Source: Mobula hypostoma
Taxonomy: Eukaryota
Direction of reading: 5' to 3'
Length of the DNA stretch: 64,000 bases
NCBI RefSeq assembly: GCF_963921235.1
Contig: NC_086117.1
Coordinates: 27,280,001-27,344,000, forward strand
The notes under the pieces are model-generated. The model ran no database searches, was not told the DNA's origin, and saw only the letters and a program-made list of their open reading frames with translations. The position numbers and the translations under genes are program-made. Below, piece after piece: positions 36,722 to 47,743 of this stretch. Positions within the stretch are counted from its first letter, which is position 1; the number at the start of each line of letters is the position of its first letter.

Positions 36722-37655
36722 TCTGTTCGGCAGATGACACAAAGCTGGGTGACAGTGTGAAATGTGAGGAGGATGTTATGAGAATGCAGGGTGACTTGGA
36801 CAGGCTGGGTGAGTGGGCGGATGCATGGCAGATGCAGTTTAATGTGGATAAATGTGAGGTTGTCCACTTTGGTGGTAAGAACAGGAAGGCAGATTATTAT
36901 CTAAATGGAGTCAAGTTGGGAAAAGGGGAAGTACAACGAGATCTAGGTGTTCTTGTACATCAGTCACTGAAAGCAAGCATGCAGGTACAGCAGGCAGTGA
37001 AGAAAGCTAATGGCATGCTGGCCTTCATAACAAGGGGAATTGAGTATAAGAGCAAAGAGGTTCTTCTGCAGCTGTACAGGGTCCTGGTGAGACCACACCC
37101 GGAGTATTGTGTGCAGTTTTGGTCTCCAAATTTGAGGAAGAACATTCTTGCTATTGAGGGAGTGCAGCGTAGGTTCACAAGGTTAATTCCCAGGATGGCG
37201 GGACTGTCATATGTTGAAAGATTGGAGCAACTGGGCTTGTATACCCTGGAATTTAGAAGGCTGAGAGGGGATCTTATAGAAACATATAAGATTATTAAGG
37301 GATTGGACATGCTGGAGGCAGGAAGCATGTTCCCGCTGATGGGTGAGTCCAGAACCAGAGGGCACAGTTGAAGAATAAGGAGTAGGTCATTTAGAACGGA
37401 GTTGAGGAAGAACTTTTTCACCCAGAGAGTGGTGGATACGTGGAATGCTCTGCTCCAGAAGGCTGCAGAGGCCAAGTCTCTGGATGCTTTTCAAGAAAGA
37501 GATGGATAGCGCTCTTAAAGATAGCGGAATTAAAGGTTATGGGGATAAGGCAGGAACTGGATACTGATTGTGGATGATCAGCCATGATCACAGTGAATGG
37601 CAGTGCTGGCTTGAAGGGCCGAATGGCCTACTCCCGCACCTATTGTCTATTGTCT
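36722..37655 (+). mobile_element. Young CR1 3' fragment
   Basis: 204-aa open ORF2 C-terminus (WQMQFNVDKCEV..); very similar to the inner copy at 2935-3560. Confidence 0.92.
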
Positions 37656-37734
37656 GCCATTCAAACACTGACCTGACTCTGGCTTCAGCTCCCTGCTTCC
37701 CCCCTATTATTCTAGAGAATAGGTCTGCCTGTTT

Positions 37735-38460
37735 CAGAATCAGGATCAGGTTTAAAATCACTGGCATATGCTGTGAAATTTGTTAACTCTGTGGCAGCAG
37801 TACAATGCAAAACATGATAAATATAGAAAAACTAATTACAGTAATTATATATGTATCTTATTTAGTTAAGTAGTGCAAAGACAGAAATTTTAAAAGATAT
37901 TGAGGTTCACTGTCCATTTAGAAATCAGATGGCAGAGGGGAGGAAGCTGTTCCTGAATCTTTGAGTGTGTGCCTTCAGGCTCCTGTACCTCCTTCCTGAT
38001 GGTAACGGTAAGAGGGCATGTCCTGACTGGTGGGGGTGCCTTCCTGAGGCACCGCTCCTTACAGATGTCTTGGATATGACAGAGGCTAGCATCCCTGATG
38101 GAGCTGAGTAATTTTACAACTTTCTGCAACTTACTTCAATCCTGTGCATACCAGCTGGTGATGCAGTCAGTCAGAAGGCTCTCCACAGTACATCTGTAGA
38201 AGTTTTTGAGTCTTTTAGGTGACAAACCAAGTCTTCTCAAACTCCTAATGAAATATAATTCTGTCTTGCCTTCTTTATAGGGGCATCAATATGTTGTTAC
38301 CAGGTTCGATCCTCAGATATACTGACACCCAGGAACTTGAAATTGCTCACTCCCTCCGCTTCTGATCCCTCTATAAGGATTGGTTTGTGTTCCCTCATCT
38401 TACCCTTCCTGAAGTCCACAATCAGCTGTTTGGTCTTACTACCACTGAGTGTCAGGTTGT
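37735..38460 (-). mobile_element. Rex1/Babar LINE fragment
   Basis: SKTKQLIVDFRK..FKFLGVSISED; ERCLRKA motifs on the minus strand. Confidence 0.8.
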
Positions 38461-39045
38461 TCAGCCTAGAATGTATCCAATGATACAGCATCCACAACCC
38501 TCTGCAACAGAGAGAAGAAATTTCTTCCCAGCACCATCTTAAAGGTGCTCAGGACCTGTGGCCCTTGTCCCCTTAAGGTGAGGAGCTCAAGGCAGGTGGT
38601 CTCAGCATTACTCTAATCAGTGGCACCAACACAACCCTGACCTTGGTATATTGTGGAAATTGACTGGACTGCGAGGTCCCAATGAAAAATCCAATTGTCA
38701 TGGTAACAAAGTGACACCTCTACTCTCTTCCAAACACTCTTTACCCAAACAAGAGGACTCTCTAGTGCTTTTGTGGACACAGGCAATTACCTTGCACAGA
38801 GCTGGCCCAGTCTTAAAGCCATGAAGAAGGTCACATGTGCAGCCACCCACAAGTTATCCCTCTTGGTTTAGTGGGTTCACCATGTTTTAGACCATGTGCT
38901 ACCCGAAGGCATCTGAAGCCTTTTCCTTTCCCATGTGGGCATTGCTCTCACCCTAGGATGCAGACTGTACCCATCACACAAGTAAAATCACAAGGACTTC
39001 CAACTAAACCATACTGGCCCATTGCATCCAATCACTTCCAATATA

Positions 39046-39405
39046 CACTCAGTGGCCATTTTATTAGGTACACCTGTACACCTCGCTGCACTACAGTCTC
39101 TAGAGTTTACAGAGTACAGTGCAAAAAAAACCCCCAAAAAATCCAGTGAGCAGCAGTTCTGTGGGTGAAAATGCCTTGTTAATGAGAGAGGTCAGAGGAG
39201 AATGGCCAGACTGGTTCAAGCTGACAGGGAAAGTGACAGTAAGTCAAATAACCACACGTTACAACTGGGGTGGGTGCAGAAGAGTATCACCGAACGTGTA
39301 AAACATCAAACGTTGAAGTGGGTGGGGCAGCAGAAGACACAAACATACTCTCAGTGGCCACTCTATTAGATACACATGGTATCAAGTAAAGTAGCCAGTA
39401 CATGT
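39046..39405. mobile_element. Tc1/mariner non-autonomous element, degenerate
   Basis: TA|CACTCAGTGGCCA..TTATTAGG terminus; related to 57031-57526. Confidence 0.7.
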
Positions 39406-39684
39406 ATGTAATCATACCTGACTCCCGATCCTCCCCAATTCCCACATCCACGTTTCCTGTGCCCAGCATCCCAGTCTACTTCCCTTTGTCTTCAGGCATT
39501 CGACTGATCACTTTCAAAAAAGGTCTGCATGCGTTGCAATTAAGGAGCCACTGAACTTTAAAACTAACTTTATAATGAATGTTTCTCAATGACTAAAGTT
39601 TGCTTAATATTTAATTACTGCTTTTTATTTCTTTCAGTTTCATAAGTGACGTTTAACAAAATGTCTTTCACTGAATTATACCAA

Positions 39685-40120
39685 CATCATCATCATTGTC
39701 AGGTGCCGTGCCCAGTTTGAGCTTTGACTGCCATGGCCCACACACTCCTGTTTCGGGTCAAGTGGATCAAATCATTGGTATTCATTTCCAATTCTCTGGC
39801 TGCTGTCTCCATTATCATTTGTCTTTGCCTTCCTCTTGCTTTCTTCCCTTCAATCCTTCCCATAATTACCATGAATTCTAATTCCTCTTTCCTAATCACA
39901 TGTCCAATGAAGTTACCTTGCCTTTTCATGATCTCATACATGATTTCTCTTTTTGTGTTTGCTCTGTTCATGACATCCTCATTAGATATTCATTTCGTCC
40001 ATGATATTCTTTGCATCCTCCTCAAAAACCACATCTCTGCTGCTTCAATTCATTTCTTCATGTTACTAGATATTGTCCAACATTCTGAGTCATATAACAT
40101 AACTGGATAAACATAACATT
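39685..40120 (-). mobile_element. RTE (BovB-like) LINE 3' fragment; second copy at about 42430-42870
   Basis: FIGHVIRKEELE..GRIEGKKARGRQR C-terminus; (GAT)n tail; two copies. Confidence 0.82.
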
Positions 40121-40574
40121 GATGTTAAGGATACTATCAGAACGAGCTATTCAAGTGCAAAAAGATTTGTTTGTTTGTTTTATCAACTACACAAAAGCAT
40201 TTGATAAATTATACCAACAGTGTGTTAAAAAAAAACGACTTAACTAGTCCACGTTATCATTAGCAAGCCATCTCCTTCCTTTGCAGATGATGCCCATTGC
40301 CACTCACTGGAGCAGCCAGTCATCCTTACCTCAGGGGGGAACACATTGCTTGCTGGATCAGAAATCTGTGGGCTCAAGTCTCATTTAAGCACCGATTCTA
40401 ACTCTCCCAGTGACAACAATGAGACATGGAGTCCTGGTCCTAGGAGGCAGGGTACATCAAGGAGGTCAATGCTTATGGATCACTGCTGAGAGTCAGGAGT
40501 CAAGATTGTTTAATGTCTTTTCCAGTACACAAATGTAATTGTTATTCTGGGTCCAATGTAGTATATCTAATAAT

Positions 40575-41440
40575 TTTATCTCATCCCTCATGGGCGGTGT
40601 GTATGTGCATTATTCTTTTAATCTTGGGTCCTCTACCTTGAGAGTGCTGTACAGTATCCTTGCTGTTCCTAGCAGTCCGCTCTCCCAGTCCAGGTGTCAC
40701 AGCTCCAAGTGCTCCTATCACACTGGGATTACTCTAGCTTTAACCTTCCACATCCTTTCTATCTGCTCTTTCAACCCCTGGTATTTCTCCAGCTTCTCAA
40801 GTTCTTCCTTTCTGATGTTACTGTCACTCAGGATTGCCACATGTACTACAGTTGCTTCCTTCTGTTCCTTGTCCAGTGTTACTGTGTCCGGTTGGTTGGC
40901 CAGTACCTGCTTATTGGTCTGTATTTGGAAGTCCCACAGGATCTTAGCTCTGTTATTCTCCACTACCTTCTCGCTGTTTCCAATTTGGACTTGGGAGCAT
41001 CCAATCCATACTCAGATGTTCCTGTACACAATTCCTGCAACTTGGTTGTGCCGCTCAGCGCCTGCTGTCCCTGCCTGCATCTTGCAGCCTGATGTGCTAG
41101 ACGGTTTCAGCAGATTCCTTGCACAGTCTGCATCTTGGGTCTTGTTTGGTGTGACAGACACCTGCTATTGTGCTCAGCACCTGTTCTTGTGCAGCCATGT
41201 GTGCTGCTTCTTTGCTGTCCCTCAGCCCTGCCACTTCCAGCCATCGGTCAGACTTTCTTATGCCAGCCACCTCTGACATCTAGCGATGGTGCATCCCATG
41301 CAGTGGCTTGTCCTGCCATGGCCTCTGGTCCTCTGGCTCTGCTTCACCCGCTTCCATTTCCATGTCCCTGCCTGCTGTCTGTGGTATTCTCCCAGCAGGT
41401 CATCCTGACAGACTCATGGATGTTGCACATTTTTTCCAGG
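40575..41440 (-). mobile_element. R4/Dong (Rex6-like) LINE fragment with REL endonuclease
   Basis: CRLCKESAETV zinc knuckle; ENNRAKILWDFQIQT..NQPD..EKLEKYQGLK. Confidence 0.8.
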
Positions 41441-42060
41441 ACAGTGGCCTTGCACTTCCAGCGGAAAGTAGCATCCAAACTAGACAAAGAGGTCAGAGCC
41501 ACGGTTTACAAAGCCCAGGTACGAAGTATCATGGAGTGTGCCTGCTTATCGTGGATGAATGTCTCAGAGAGTGTCCTCAGCCAGCTTGATCCCATTCAAA
41601 GAAAGGCTGTCAGGATTATAGGTGTAGATGAAGCCACAGTTCGTGAGAAGCTAGCCATCAGTAGCTTACACCACAGACGACAGGTTGCTGCAGCTACTGT
41701 GCTATACAAAATGCACACCAGCCACAGCCCCGCAGACCCTCGCACCATGCTGCCTCCATCTTATGAGAGACGGTGCAGCACACGATCAAGTTTATCTATG
41801 CCTGTTCATGCTGTTTCTATGCCTGATGCGAGAACCCACACACTGGATAGAAGCTTCCTTCACTGTGCTGTCAGAATTTGGAACAGCCTTCCAGATGCTG
41901 TGTTTGGAAACATCTGCGACGATGGGATCCAAGCCTTCAAGAGTCGAGTGCACAAACACCTATCATCTCTGGGAGGGAAGTCACATGCTTCTTCATAAGC
42001 TGTCATGAAGGGGACCAGGATGGCAATGCTTGGCTGTTGGTAGGTAGGGTTAATACCTGA
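41440..42060 (+). mobile_element. LINE ORF2 C-terminal fragment (CR1/RTE-X-like, clade uncertain)
   Basis: YKAQVRSIMEC..LDPIQRKAVRII..SLHHRRQVA..RSFLHCAVRIWNSLP..FKSRV. Confidence 0.75.
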
Positions 42061-43506
42061 CTTTCAAGAGCACTTGTGAGTTATATTCCGGCTGGACTTA
42101 GTCCTTAAACTGCTGGAGAACAGTGCGGAAAGAACAAGTGCTGTTTAGTTCCAAGTGCTCCTGCCACGTTTTGTCACCCTGCAACCTTATCCTTCAATCT
42201 CTTTGAATTATGGAGGACAGCATGTGTATAAGTGTCTCTCTCCAGCAGACTTCATCATGATCATCATGACTCCAGTATTTCTACTATTTTTTAACGTTTC
42301 TTAATCGTACATATGATTTTTTGTGTTCTATTGCTGAGCTGCAGTGAACCATCTGATTGGCCTATCAGAGTCCTCTTTGGGAACTAGTTGACTTGATCAG
42401 CATTTCTGATCTGGCTACTGTTCATGATTCATTATCGTCAGGTGCTGTGCCCAGTTTGAGCTTTGACTGCCATGGTCCACACACTCCTGTTACAGGTCAA
42501 GTGGATGAATTCATTGGTATTTATTTCCAGTTCTCTGGCTGCTGTCTCCATCATCATTTGTCTTTGTCTTCCTCTTGCTTTCTTCCCTTCAATCTTTCCC
42601 ATAATTACCGTGCATTCTAACTCCTCTTTCCTAATCACATGTCCAATGAAGTTACGTTGCCTTTTCATGATCTCATACATGATTTCTCTTTTGTGTTTGC
42701 TCTGTTCATGACATCCTCATTAGATATTTGTTTCGTCCATGGTATTCTTCGCATCCTCCTCAAAAACCACATCTCTGCTGCTACAATTCATATCCTCATG
42801 TTACTAGATATTGTCCAACATTCTGAGCCATATAACATAACTGGATAAACGTAACATTTCAGTACTCTGTGGTGGGTTGTTCACGATTGCACTTAATAAA
42901 AAAAAGGTGTACAGTTGCTCGACGTTGGACCCTGGGTGGAATCCTCCATGTATTGTTAGTAGTTTCTGGGTCTTGGTGTCAGCAGCTTCCAGTTCATTCC
43001 TTCCTTGGCCAGCATTCTATTGCAGCTGGTATCTGATGACTGGTAGACCCTCACCTTGGGCAGGGTGGATGTGTTCAGGGACCATGAGAGGTTGTGTGAG
43101 ATGTGCACTCACAGGAGTTTGAGACTGCTTTCTACCAATGTAAGCGGGGGGGGGGGGCATGAGTGGCACAGGTTCTCCTGGATCAATAACCATCTCCCTT
43201 GTCTTGTGGACATTCAGGAAGCGGTTATTTGCCTGGCACCAGAACTCCGGCTCTTCCACCTCCTTCTATCAAATTAAGCATTCATCCTGTCTACCACTGT
43301 TACACATAAACCATCAGTGAAATGCCATCCAGCGACTTACCAAGGCTTTCTGCGCACTAACTCTTAAAACTGCAACCTCTACCACGTAGAAGAACAAGGA
43401 TAGTAGGTGTAAAGAATGCAACCTGGAGCTGTTGTTATTTGGTGAGATATTAAACCAGGCTCGCTAAAGCAATCATCAATTATTTGACTGCTATTTTTCT
43501 CAGTGT

Positions 43507-43824
43507 GGCCATGTGGCCAAGTGGTTAAGGCATTGGACTAGTGACCTGAAGGTCGTGAGTTCGAGCCCCAGCCGAGGGAACGTGTTGTGTCCTTGAGCAA
43601 GACACTTAATCACACAGTGCTCTGCGATGACACTGGTGCCAAGCTGTATGGGTCCTAATGCCCTTCTCTTGGACAACACTGGTGTCGTGGAGAGGGGAGA
43701 CTTGCAGCATGGGCAACTGCTGGTCTTCCATACAACCTTGCCCAGGCCTGTGCCCTGGAGAGTGAAGACTTTCCAGGCGCAGATCCGTGGTCTTGCAAGA
43801 CTAACGGATGCCTTAAATAAAAAC
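43507..43824 (+). mobile_element. Full-length tRNA-derived SINE
   Basis: A box TGGCCAAGTGG, B box GTTCGAGCC; A-rich tail; 12-bp TSD TTTTCTCAGTGT at 43495-43506 and 43825-43836. Confidence 0.92.
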
Positions 43825-45043
43825 TTTTCTCAGTGTTCTGGCCAATATCTCTTGCTTTACCCACTTTACCAAATAATATCAATCTGTATTAATATTGCAC
43901 CATTAATGTAGCAGATTGGTTCCTTAAGGTTGTTAAAGCCTGGGATGGTAATGGGGACAAGCTCCCACTACTTATTAAATGCTCCCAATGGCGTGCGCCT
44001 CAAATAGCCTCGGACAAACAGGTCCAGCTCCTGGCCTTCATGTGCCTTAGCTACTAAGCCCAGCAGAACTGCTTCTACTGATAGGAGATGGGGCAAAGGC
44101 AGATTACTGACGCCTTAAAACCAGTCCCTTCGGGCAGATGGGGCTCGTCAGCTATGGTTGGCAGCTCATTTAGGAGAAGGAAAACTCTGATCTCAAAGCT
44201 CCACTGCCTTGCAGCTATACCCACTCACGGGGAAGGCTTCGGGAGTAAACCTTGAGGGAAAAATTCACAACTGGAGTCCCTAAGGCAGTCCAGTGTTGAG
44301 TTTAATGCTGACCGGCAACTCCTGTGATGCTGCTGGTACCAAACTGTAGCAGTCTCTGCCGTTCCTTTGGGTTCATCAGATGCATGGAGAGGGTGAGCTT
44401 GCTCCAAGGGCAACAGCTCGCTCTCTATATCATACTGCTGAGGCTTGCGTACCTAGAGAGCTAGGATGCAACATCCATGATTGTCCCTGACTGAAGGAGG
44501 TCTCAGTCAAAGTAACAGAATGTATTTTATGCAGCACTGTAAAAAAAATTCACCAGCATGGTTGTGTTAGGACAGAAGCTTGATTAATGAAATAATAGTG
44601 TGTCCTACAGGTAGAAAGACATTTAGGAAAGGAATTCCATGTGTGCGACTTGCAGATAGTTGGTTTACAATTTCTGCAATTTATGTAAACCTTTCTACTC
44701 CCTCTTTGGTAAAGTGAAGGGCCCAGAACTGACAGAAGGTCAAGTCAAGTCAAGATTATTACAATGCCAGTTGCAGCTGAGTCAATGTTTACACATGTCC
44801 TCAATATTGTTCTCAAAACCTCTATATATAGAGTACAGGGCCATCCGTGATTTATCCTGTAACCACTTTATGAGGATTTTTACAGACCTGGTGCAGGTGA
44901 AATGTTTCAAAGTTTATTATCGAGGTAGTTACTGTATATGTCACCATATACAACCTTAACACTGACATTCCAGACACGATGAGTTCCACCAACAGATCAC
45001 GATTTTAAAAAGCATTCGTACAATTTCAATTACGTTCCCCTTC

Positions 45044-45128
45044 ACTGATGAGGGAGAGGGAGAAGTGGAGAGTCCGTCATCGTGCCCGACGCCTGCCCCC
45101 TTGGCCTGAGTCGACGTAGTAGTAGTTG
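45044..45128 (+). mobile_element. 85-bp extreme 3' end of the RTE family seen at 33613-34152
   Basis: Near-identical to about 34066-34150; TSD TCCCCTTC at 45036-45043 and 45129-45136. Confidence 0.85.
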
Positions 45129-45142
45129 TCCCCTTCTGAGGA

Positions 45143-45290
45143 ACACACACACAAAATGCTGGAGGAACTCAGCAGGCCAGGCAGCATCTGTGGGAAAAAA
45201 GTACAGTCGATGTTTCAGGCTGAAACCCTTCGGCAGGACTGGAGAGTAAAAAACTGAAGAGTAGGTTTGAAAGGTAGGGGGAGGGTGAGC
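45143..45290 (-). mobile_element. Penelope-like 3' fragment with hammerhead motif (45204-45241)
   Basis: Minus strand CAGTC-CTGCCGA-AGGG..CCT-GAAACATC-GACTG. Confidence 0.78.
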
Positions 45291-45499
45291 CCTTCCGTGT
45301 TTTTCTCTTTAGCTTTATTAACAAGTGCATCTACCTGGCTTCACATTCCCCATTTTGCCATGAGCACATCACTCAGCAACTGTGCAACATTTCTGCCAAA
45401 GGCTGCAGTCCCCCCCCCCACCCCCCACCCCCCACCCCCCACCCCCCGACAGACGTACACCCACCGTACAGGGTTCCCTGGAGCATCAAGAAACCCGCT

Positions 45500-46200
45500 A
45501 CAGTACTCCGGGAACACGAAGTTGGGCACGGCGGATTATCGGAGTTTTGCCGGACCATCCTTACTGAAGCGTCGACAGTTCCCTTCCCAACCCCACGCCG
45601 CTCGACCCACTGTCCCTGCACTAAGTTGCCTGACTTTCGATTGTCCATTGACTCCGCCCACCGAACTCTGACGTCACCAAAGGACTCCCCCCTCCCCTGC
45701 CGGTCGACTTCGCGCCTGCTGTGACGTGTTCCGATATGACAGCAGTGCGTTGACGTATTACATCGGGTGACGTTACCGCTCCCCTCTCCGTCGCCGGGAG
45801 AAGGCAGCGAGCGGCGGACGGCGCCCGGCCGAGCCGCATTGCCCGTGCGTATCATGCCGAACTCGGAGGACCCCAACTCGGAGCCTGGGAGCGAGGACGG
45901 GACCGGGAGCGGAGCCGGAGCCGGTTCCAGACAGGACGAGATGACGTGGTGGTATCGCTGGCTATGCCGGATGGCGGCCGTGATCGGTGGGGTGTGTGAG
46001 TACCGGGCCTGCTTGTCGGGCAGCGGGCAGCGGCGGGCGGGACTGGCCCGCATGGGCTCCGGTGTAGGTGCTGCAGGCCCACTTAAGCGACGAGTAATTC
46101 GGTAGCGGTACCAGAGACCGAGTGTCTCTGCAGAACCGGGCTCCCTCTGGTCAGGAGTCAAAGAAAGAGCGAGCGAAGTGTTCCTGGGTTCGTTCGTGTC
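45500..46200. promoter_or_regulatory. CpG island and CACFD1 promoter with GC box and CRE cluster
   Basis: High CpG density; CTCCGCCC at about 45652; TGACGTCA at 45669-45676 and TGACGT at 45722, 45751, 45768. Confidence 0.85.
45854..45995 (+). CDS. CACFD1: CACFD1 (Flower) exon 1
   Basis: ATCATG start; ..QDEMTWWYRWLCRMAAVIGGV T|gtgagt; WWYRWLCR is the Flower N-terminal signature. Confidence 0.93.
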
Positions 46201-47611
46201 CCGCCTCCCAGTGGGGTAGTCTAGGGGTACCTTTTGTTAGGGGGTGACCAGAATCGCTGTGCTTGGCGATGGAGATGATGAACAAAACGCTCAACGATTG
46301 TGGTGTGGAAAAGTCGTTGGACCTGGATTGTATAAACAAAGCAAGAAGACTTTAGTTTAATTCTGAATTGCTTATTTACATTGGGTCTCATTGCACTTGG
46401 GCATTAGACACTTTTTATAAACCTTGGTGGAGTTAATGACCTATTTTTTAGTTAACGACAATACTACGCAACTGAGATAATTATATTTGTAGATCTTCGG
46501 AATCTATTCAGAGTCACCAGCTAAGCAGTAGCATTCCTCATTCTTGTAAAAAGGTTGCAACTTGGGACTCGCTATGTCGGGAGCTGCAGCTACTTTTTGC
46601 TGGCAAACGTGATTGCTGAAGTAAGGAAGAGAAAGTCTGCAGATGCTGGAAATTCAAAGCAACACAGGCAAAATGCTGGAGGAACTCAGCAGGTCAGGCA
46701 GCATCTACGGAAAAGAGTACAGTCCACGTTTCTGGCTCAGACATGGATGACTCTGGCGGGAGGTTGTTCTAATTTTTGAAAGCTAAAGGAATTTGCTTAT
46801 GAAGACACTGAGGGCAATTGGAGTTTTGCAAAACCAAGAGTGATTTGATCAGGGGAAAGTGTCATGCTACTGGTGCAGGGAAGAGGGTTGCGATGCAGAT
46901 TGGGCATGATCTAACAGAATAATTTCAAAGAGTTCCTGCACCATTTCACATGGGTAATGGTGAGCTGAATCTATGGGGCAGTATACCGAGGGTCAAGAGG
47001 GGGAATGGATGCAATGTTAGTGCTTCTTGCACGGGAATATGATTACTATTAGCTGGGCTCCTTTTAAAGAAGTTATTTTATCTGGCTGTGACGGTGGTGT
47101 GAATAAATGGTTTACACTAAGAAGGCCTGTCATTAAAGGGTGAAATGGCAGCCTGCGGGGTGGGTGGGTGGAGAAGGAGTGTCTGCTGGTGTCAGCATGT
47201 CAGACTGGTCCTTTGTACCTCTGAGAATCAGTAATTGATTTTAACCACAGAACCGAGCTGCTGAACTGACACCTGTAATTGTGTTTGGAGCCGCTGCTGT
47301 CACACTAATCCCGGCTCTTTTTGTGCAAACGTTAGGTAACAGAGGAATAATTATGGAATTTGTTAGCCCAGTCACGGTGCTGGGCTCTTGCACGAAGGAA
47401 TCTCTAATTATGTGGGAAAGATTTGACAGGTCCTGTCTGTCTCTGAAGCCCACCAATGTGGAATAGTTACTTAGTGCTCCTGTCTTTGGAAGTATAACAC
47501 TTGAATTAGCAGGTTAGTGCTCCAGTAAAGTCATTGGTTTCAGCTCTAGCTGTTCGATACAAAAATACCTTGCACTCGATTAACACGACTGAAATCCTAG
47601 AAAGGGAAGAA

Positions 47612-47743
47612 CATCAGCTGCTGAAATCCAGATTAAGACACACAAAATGCTCGACTGATGAAGGGCCTCAGCCTGAAACGACGACTCCTCTCCGTAGATG
47701 CTGCTTGGCCTGCTGAGTTCCTCCAGCTTTTTGTGTGCGTTAC
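47612..47743. mobile_element. Penelope pLTR-derived insertion with hammerhead core (47655-47685)
   Basis: CTGATGA-AGGG..CCT-GAAACGAC; TSD AAGGGAAGAA at 47602-47611 and 47744-47753. Confidence 0.8.

Noticed and set aside
40539-41998. 245-aa and 287-aa plus-strand ORFs
   Set aside because: Antisense R4/Dong remnant joined to an adjacent LINE fragment; not a host gene.
43507-43580. tRNA gene
   Set aside because: A/B boxes continue into a SINE body with tail and TSD; I could not form a complete cloverleaf.
45373-46161. 262-aa minus-strand ORF
   Set aside because: Stop-poor GC-rich CpG island antisense to CACFD1 exon 1.
16291-47685. Selection against active sense-strand hammerheads in introns
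   Set aside because: Antisense and intergenic copies are similarly mutated, mostly at CpGs; neutral decay suffices with so few copies.
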